Of a stretch of DNA of 64,000 nucleotides, positions 59,269 to 64,000 are shown in pieces. The stretch comes from Candidatus Marinacidobacterales bacterium. GTDB lineage: Bacteria > Acidobacteriota > Vicinamibacteria > Marinacidobacterales > SMYC01. The notes beneath the pieces were generated by a model. It saw nothing but the letters and a program-made list of their open reading frames with translations. It was not told the origin of the DNA and searched no databases. The stretch covers positions 487,043-551,042 of the forward strand of contig CBDEGF010000002.1 of NCBI GenBank assembly GCA_965237685.1, in the 5' to 3' direction. The position numbers were made by a program, and so were the translations under genes. Each line of letters opens with the position of its first letter. Within the stretch, counting starts at the first letter, position 1.

Positions 59269-61773
59269 ATGAGTGCCGGCGCACTGCGATGCTCGATCTT
59301 GCTGTCCGTGACGATCGTGCTGGCTTCCGAGGCCTTTCCGCACAGCGATGCGGTCTACCCCGGTGCCATCGGCTACATGGAAATGATCTTCCTGCCACCG
59401 GTCACGACCGGGCCGTGGTCGCCGGCCTGGTCGCCGGACGGCCGGGAGATCGCGTTCTCGATGCAAGGGAGCCTGTGGACGGTCCCGGTGGAAGGCGGCG
59501 AAGCAAGGCAGCTCACGACCGGCCCCCACTACGACTCCGAGCCTTCGTGGTCTCCCGACGGTCGACAGATCGTTTTCACACGGGATAACGACGCTTCGAT
59601 TCATCTCTGGCTCGTCGACTCCGACGGGACCCACCCCCGTCAGCTCACCCGCGCCGGTGACATCAACGTCAATCCGGCCTGGTCTCCGGCAGGTGACCGC
59701 ATCGCCTACGCCTCCCTAGCCGAAGGACAGAGCTTGAACCTGTGGTCGATCGCACCCTCGGGAGGAGAGCCCAAGGCCCTGTTGGAGGACGAGTACCAGA
59801 ACTTCGAGCCGAGCTGGTCTCCGGATGGAAGCAAGATTGCTTTTCTCAGTAGTCGAGAGGCCCGCTACGGGACCGGCGACATCTGGATCCTGAGCGTGGC
59901 CGACCGGACGCCAAAGCTGCTGTTGAAGGAGGAGAGCCTCTACCACGCTCGACCGCAATGGTCCCCGGACGGTAACACACTCGCTTTCGTTTCCCATCGC
60001 ACCGGGCGGAACCAGATTTGGCTGCTTCATGCGGAGTCCGGCATTCCGATGCAGCTCACGCGGCAGACGGCGGAGGTCTTTGCGCCTCGGTGGTCTCCCG
60101 ATGGTCGCCAGCTCGCCTACGTTTCCAACGCCGGTCACGACTTTTCATTGTGGACGATGCCCGCGCGGGGGGGTGCGGCTTCGGAGGTGAACATCACGTC
60201 TTTCGCTCATAAACATCCCGTCGGCACCCTCGAGATCGTTGTTCGCGATCGCACGACCGGAGAGACGACACCGGCCAGAGCCTACGTCAAAGCTTCCGAC
60301 GGCAGGAGCTACGCGCCGCTCGGAGCGTTTCACAAGGTCAACAACGCCGGGGACGACCGCCTGCCCGGCAACGTCGCGCACTATTTTCATACAATGGGCG
60401 AGTTCACCATCGACCTCCCTGCGGGACGTGCTTCCATCGAGCTGACAAGAGGCTTCGAGTATCGACCCGTCTCGGCGGACGTCGAGATCGTCGCAGGCGA
60501 GACCAGGACGCTGGAGCTCGAGCTCGAGCGTTTCATGGACATGGCCGCGAGAGGCTGGTACTCGGGAGACAACCACCTCCACATGAACTATGGCGGGATT
60601 TTCGGCCAGACCCCCGAATCCTTGATGCGGGAGGCGGCCGCGGAAGACGTGCGCGTCGTCAACGATCTGATCGCGAACCATCACAACCGCATCATCGATC
60701 TCGAGCACTTCGAGGGGAGGCCGCACGCGCTGTCCGACGAGGAGCGCATTCTGTACTTCAACCAGGAGTTCCGCCCCAGCTTTCCCGGGCACCTGTCGCT
60801 CCTCAATCTGAAGCAGTACTTCTTTCCCTCGTACACGACCTACGTTGGCACCGCCAACCAGGCCTATTACCCGACCAACACCCAGGTGCTGGATGCCGTG
60901 CACGCTCAGGGTGCGGTAGGCGGCTACGTGCACCCGTTCTACGGGCCGGACCGGGGCCTCCCCCGGCGCTCGAAGGAGTTTCCGGTCAGCGTCGCACTCG
61001 GTGTGCTGGACTATTACGACGTGATGTGCATCTGGACCGATGAGCGGGCCTCGGCCGCCGAGTGGTATCGGGCATTGAACCTCGGTTTCCGAATCCCCGC
61101 GTCAGCGGGTACCGACGCGTTTCCCAACTTCTGGAGGAGTCCGGCAGTGGGAACGGTGCGCGTATACGCTCGAAGCGGCACGCCGTTGACCTACGGCGAC
61201 TGGATTCGCGCCCTCACCGAGGGCCGAACGTTCGTGACGAACGGCCCGCTCTTGTCCTTCCGCGCCGAAAATCAGGAGCCGGGAGACGAGCTGCGATTGC
61301 CGGGAGGTGGCCCGAGCACCGTCCGGGTCCAGGCCGAAGCGCGCTCCATCTTCCCGATGGAAACGCTGGACATCCTTCGGAACGGAAAGGTCGTTCGGTC
61401 GATCACCCCCGACGATCCGTACCTCGTGAAGCTCGATGAGGCGATCACGGTCGAGGAAAGCGGCTGGCTGGCGGCTCGGGTGAGTGGGCCGGAGCGACAG
61501 CAACTGATGATGGACGGCTATGTCTATGCCCACACCAGCCCGGTGTACGTCACCAAGGGAGGACGGCCGACCCGATCGCCCGAGGACGCCCGTTACTTCG
61601 TCGAGTGGATCGACGAGATTCTGCCAGCCCTCGAAGAAGCCACTTGTCGCCAGGAACTGGGCTCATCGACGCGGATCATCAACGCGTGCTTCGACAGCCC
61701 AGAGCAGAAACAGGAGGTGCTCGGGATCTGGAGAAAGGCCCGCCGCGTGTACGAGGGCCTGACCAAAGAGTGA
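59269..61773 (+). CDS. TolB-like propeller fused to CehA/McbA-family metallohydrolase
   Basis: Multiple P.WSPDG repeats; WYSGDNHLH, YVHP, SAGTD, GRTFVTNGP, AHTSPVY. Confidence 0.88.
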   Translation: MSAGALRCSILLSVTIVLASEAFPHSDAVYPGAIGYMEMIFLPPVTTGPWSPAWSPDGREIAFSMQGSLWTVPVEGGEARQLTTGPHYDSEPSWSPDGRQIVFTRDNDASIHLWLVDSDGTHPRQLTRAGDINVNPAWSPAGDRIAYASLAEGQSLNLWSIAPSGGEPKALLEDEYQNFEPSWSPDGSKIAFLSSREARYGTGDIWILSVADRTPKLLLKEESLYHARPQWSPDGNTLAFVSHRTGRNQIWLLHAESGIPMQLTRQTAEVFAPRWSPDGRQLAYVSNAGHDFSLWTMPARGGAASEVNITSFAHKHPVGTLEIVVRDRTTGETTPARAYVKASDGRSYAPLGAFHKVNNAGDDRLPGNVAHYFHTMGEFTIDLPAGRASIELTRGFEYRPVSADVEIVAGETRTLELELERFMDMAARGWYSGDNHLHMNYGGIFGQTPESLMREAAAEDVRVVNDLIANHHNRIIDLEHFEGRPHALSDEERILYFNQEFRPSFPGHLSLLNLKQYFFPSYTTYVGTANQAYYPTNTQVLDAVHAQGAVGGYVHPFYGPDRGLPRRSKEFPVSVALGVLDYYDVMCIWTDERASAAEWYRALNLGFRIPASAGTDAFPNFWRSPAVGTVRVYARSGTPLTYGDWIRALTEGRTFVTNGPLLSFRAENQEPGDELRLPGGGPSTVRVQAEARSIFPMETLDILRNGKVVRSITPDDPYLVKLDEAITVEESGWLAARVSGPERQQLMMDGYVYAHTSPVYVTKGGRPTRSPEDARYFVEWIDEILPALEEATCRQELGSSTRIINACFDSPEQKQEVLGIWRKARRVYEGLTKE

Positions 61774-61851
61774 GCTCACCGCTCTGTTCTCGCGGTGTTG
61801 ACAGAATGGATTGCTACCTTGGGTGCCACCACTTTCGTGTATACTAGACGC

Positions 61852-62085
61852 ATGAAACGTACAAATCTTGTGTTAGACGAAGATTTGCTCGAGGAAGCCC
61901 TTCGCTTGAGCGGAGAGAGAACCTACTCGAAGGCAGTAGGGCTGGCTCTCACTGACTTCGTGCGACGGGCCAAGGCGGGGCGGATCCTCGAGCTCGCCGG
62001 CTCCGGCTTGTGGGAAGGAAGTCTCGCGGAGATGCGACGAGACGAAGGGGCGGGCAAGCGCCGGAAAGCTCGTGTTTCTCGTTGA
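61852..62085 (+). CDS. vapB: VapB antitoxin
   Basis: MKRTNLVLDEDLLEEA...LWEGSLAEMR. Confidence 0.88.
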   Translation: MKRTNLVLDEDLLEEALRLSGERTYSKAVGLALTDFVRRAKAGRILELAGSGLWEGSLAEMRRDEGAGKRRKARVSR

Positions 62086-62461
62086 CACGTCGGTGTGGAT
62101 CGAGGTCTTCGCCAAACCGAGCCGCATCGACCTGCAATCGAAGGTCGAGCTCGACGAAATCGTCACCTGCCTTCCCGTGGTCCAGGAGGTCCTGCAGGGA
62201 TTTCGGGACGACCGAGCTTTTCGCGTCGCACGGGACGCGATGTTTGCCTTCCCGATCGTGGAATCTCCGCTCGTTCGAGGCGTCTTCGAAGAAGCGGTCG
62301 CTTTGTATCGCAACGCACGGCGGGCAGGTCTGACCGTTCGATCGAGTGTCGACTGCTTGATCGCTACCTGCGCCATGCGGCACGACCTGAGTATCCTTCA
62401 TCGCGACCGGGATTTCGCCTCGTTGGCCCGGATCGCACCACTCGATGAACGGGCGGTGTGA
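62072..62461 (+). CDS. vapC: PIN-domain toxin
   Basis: LVDTSVWI, VQEVLQG, VDCLIA, HRDRDF. Confidence 0.92.
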   Translation: MFLVDTSVWIEVFAKPSRIDLQSKVELDEIVTCLPVVQEVLQGFRDDRAFRVARDAMFAFPIVESPLVRGVFEEAVALYRNARRAGLTVRSSVDCLIATCAMRHDLSILHRDRDFASLARIAPLDERAV

Positions 62462-62551
62462 GACCGACTTCGATCGCTCGGAGGAGGTCGGCTCTTTCTT
62501 GCGCGTCGGCCGTCCGGCGCGGCGTTTCCGGGGAGCCGGCCTTCCCCCGCC

Positions 62552-63556
62552 CTATCGTCGGGTTCCGGTGATGTCGGTCCGGATCTTGAACAGCGTCTTC
62601 CCGGCGGTCACGTACAAGGTCTTCAAATCCGGACCTCCAAACGCACAGTTCGTAACGGTATCTTCGGGAATGGGAATGAATTCCTCGAGCTGGCCGTCGG
62701 GAGAGAACACGTGGACGCCGGCCTTCGTGTCCAGCGTCTCACTCGTACCTCGAAGCCTGTTGAGACCAGCGGCCACATAGAGGTTGCCTTCGCTGTCGAC
62801 GGTCATCCCATCGCCGCTGCGACCTGGATAGAAGTCGTGGAACACACGCATGGTGCCGACCGTTCCCTCCTCGGTCAAGTCATAGGCCCGAATCATTCGT
62901 GCGCCACCCTCGCCGTGATCGGCCTCGATCAGGTACAGGGTACGATCGTCCGGTGCGATCACGATCCCGTTCGGCCGTTCGATCTCGGGCTCCGTCAAGA
63001 TGCGCTCGATCGTGCCGTCGGCGTCGACGCGGTAGACACCGTGCACACCAGCGGGCTCGGAGGCAGCGTTGAGTCCGGGCCGATCGGTGAAGTAGATACG
63101 TCCACGGCCGTCGAAGGTCAGGTCGTTCGGCAGGTAGAGCGGTTTGCCCTCGTAGCCGTCGGCGATCACTTTGATCTCACCGGTCTCGATATTGGTGCGC
63201 GTGACGCGCGGCACGTGGGCCGCTCCATCTCCACCTTCACAGGCGAGCAGCCGCCACGCGCTGTCGAAAACCAGGCCGTTGGCACGATGGCTCGGCTGTC
63301 GAAACGTGGACAGCGCACCGTCGGGAGAGAGCGTCATGATGCGGCTGTTGGCAAGGTCGGTGAAGTACACCGTTCCCTCTCGGTCGACGGTGGGTCCTTC
63401 CGTGAACGACACCGTGGTGGCCACCTCGACGCTTCTCGAGACCGCTCGGGGCAGCGCTTCGGTCGGTGTTGGAGGAGCTGGCGAGCACGCCGGTGAGAGC
63501 AAGACTGCCCCTGCCAGAGCGCCCCTGACGAAATGGTTGCCGGTGGAGTGCAGCAT
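62552..63556 (-). CDS. SMP-30/gluconolactonase/LRE family lipoprotein
   Basis: FTEGP, PND, PNG, GDGMTVD, TNCAFGG. Confidence 0.9.
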   Translation of the reverse strand: MLHSTGNHFVRGALAGAVLLSPACSPAPPTPTEALPRAVSRSVEVATTVSFTEGPTVDREGTVYFTDLANSRIMTLSPDGALSTFRQPSHRANGLVFDSAWRLLACEGGDGAAHVPRVTRTNIETGEIKVIADGYEGKPLYLPNDLTFDGRGRIYFTDRPGLNAASEPAGVHGVYRVDADGTIERILTEPEIERPNGIVIAPDDRTLYLIEADHGEGGARMIRAYDLTEEGTVGTMRVFHDFYPGRSGDGMTVDSEGNLYVAAGLNRLRGTSETLDTKAGVHVFSPDGQLEEFIPIPEDTVTNCAFGGPDLKTLYVTAGKTLFKIRTDITGTRR

Positions 63557-63605
63557 GGTTACCTCCGTTTTTTTTCTCCGATGTCGTGACATACGTCCGA
63601 CCCTA

Positions 63606-64000
63606 CTATCTCGCTCCATCCAGAGCGTCACTGCTGGGCCCTCGTCCCAGGTAACGGTCGAAGTGCTCCACCAGCTTCCTCGTCAGGAAGATCGCCTCGT
63701 GCTCTCTCCGTGTCCAGCCGTGGGTGGCTCCGGGAGCGAAGACAAAATCGAAGTTTTTTCCCAGCATCATCAGTTTTTCTGCCAGCACGACCGATGTCTT
63801 GAAGGGAACGATGTCATCCTGCATTCCGTGAATGATGAGCAGGTGGTCCTCCAGGTCTTCGCCCAGGTGGATCGCCGAGACGCGGCGATAGACGTCCGGG
63901 TCGGTTCGGGGAAGCCCCATGAGGGCAATGTCGTCGGTGCCGAAGAACCGAGCATCGACCGCCGGGGCGGCAGCGACGCCCGCCCGGAACAAACCGGGCT
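63606..64000 (-). CDS. S9 prolyl oligopeptidase family, C-terminal part
   Basis: LLIIHGMQDDIV, PGATHGW. Confidence 0.85.
   Translation of the reverse strand, partial: PGLFRAGVAAAPAVDARFFGTDDIALMGLPRTDPDVYRRVSAIHLGEDLEDHLLIIHGMQDDIVPFKTSVVLAEKLMMLGKNFDFVFAPGATHGWTRREHEAIFLTRKLVEHFDRYLGRGPSSDALDGAR

Overview
GC-rich bacterial window. The kinase/TolB-like genes and REP-like repeats suggest Acidobacteriota; this is an inference. Intact housekeeping blocks are a cobalamin riboswitch-btuB-btuF locus, pgk-tpiA-secG-tRNA-Leu(GAG), bioBFDA, a CoA-transferase/cyclodeaminase/amidohydrolase cluster and ggt. These alternate with heavily broken accessory DNA. Downstream of tRNA-Leu lie a SNF2-SWIM pair, an AbiEii-like fragment and two integron attC sites enclosing a toxin-antitoxin cassette, with no integrase in the window. 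The most notable elements are two non-canonical IS66 elements, each with an accessory gene under its own predicted promoter and overlapping the tnpC start codon. One is a 3.44-kb element with both ends, convergent tnpA-tnpB and DUF4338(DruA/Mom-like)-tnpC; the other carries a DUF6788-like Zn-finger gene. A ~156-bp MITE with TTA/TAA target duplication occurs twice. Many genes are internally deleted, fused or inverted, so part of the window may be decayed or misassembled. All family assignments are from motif recognition, not database searches.
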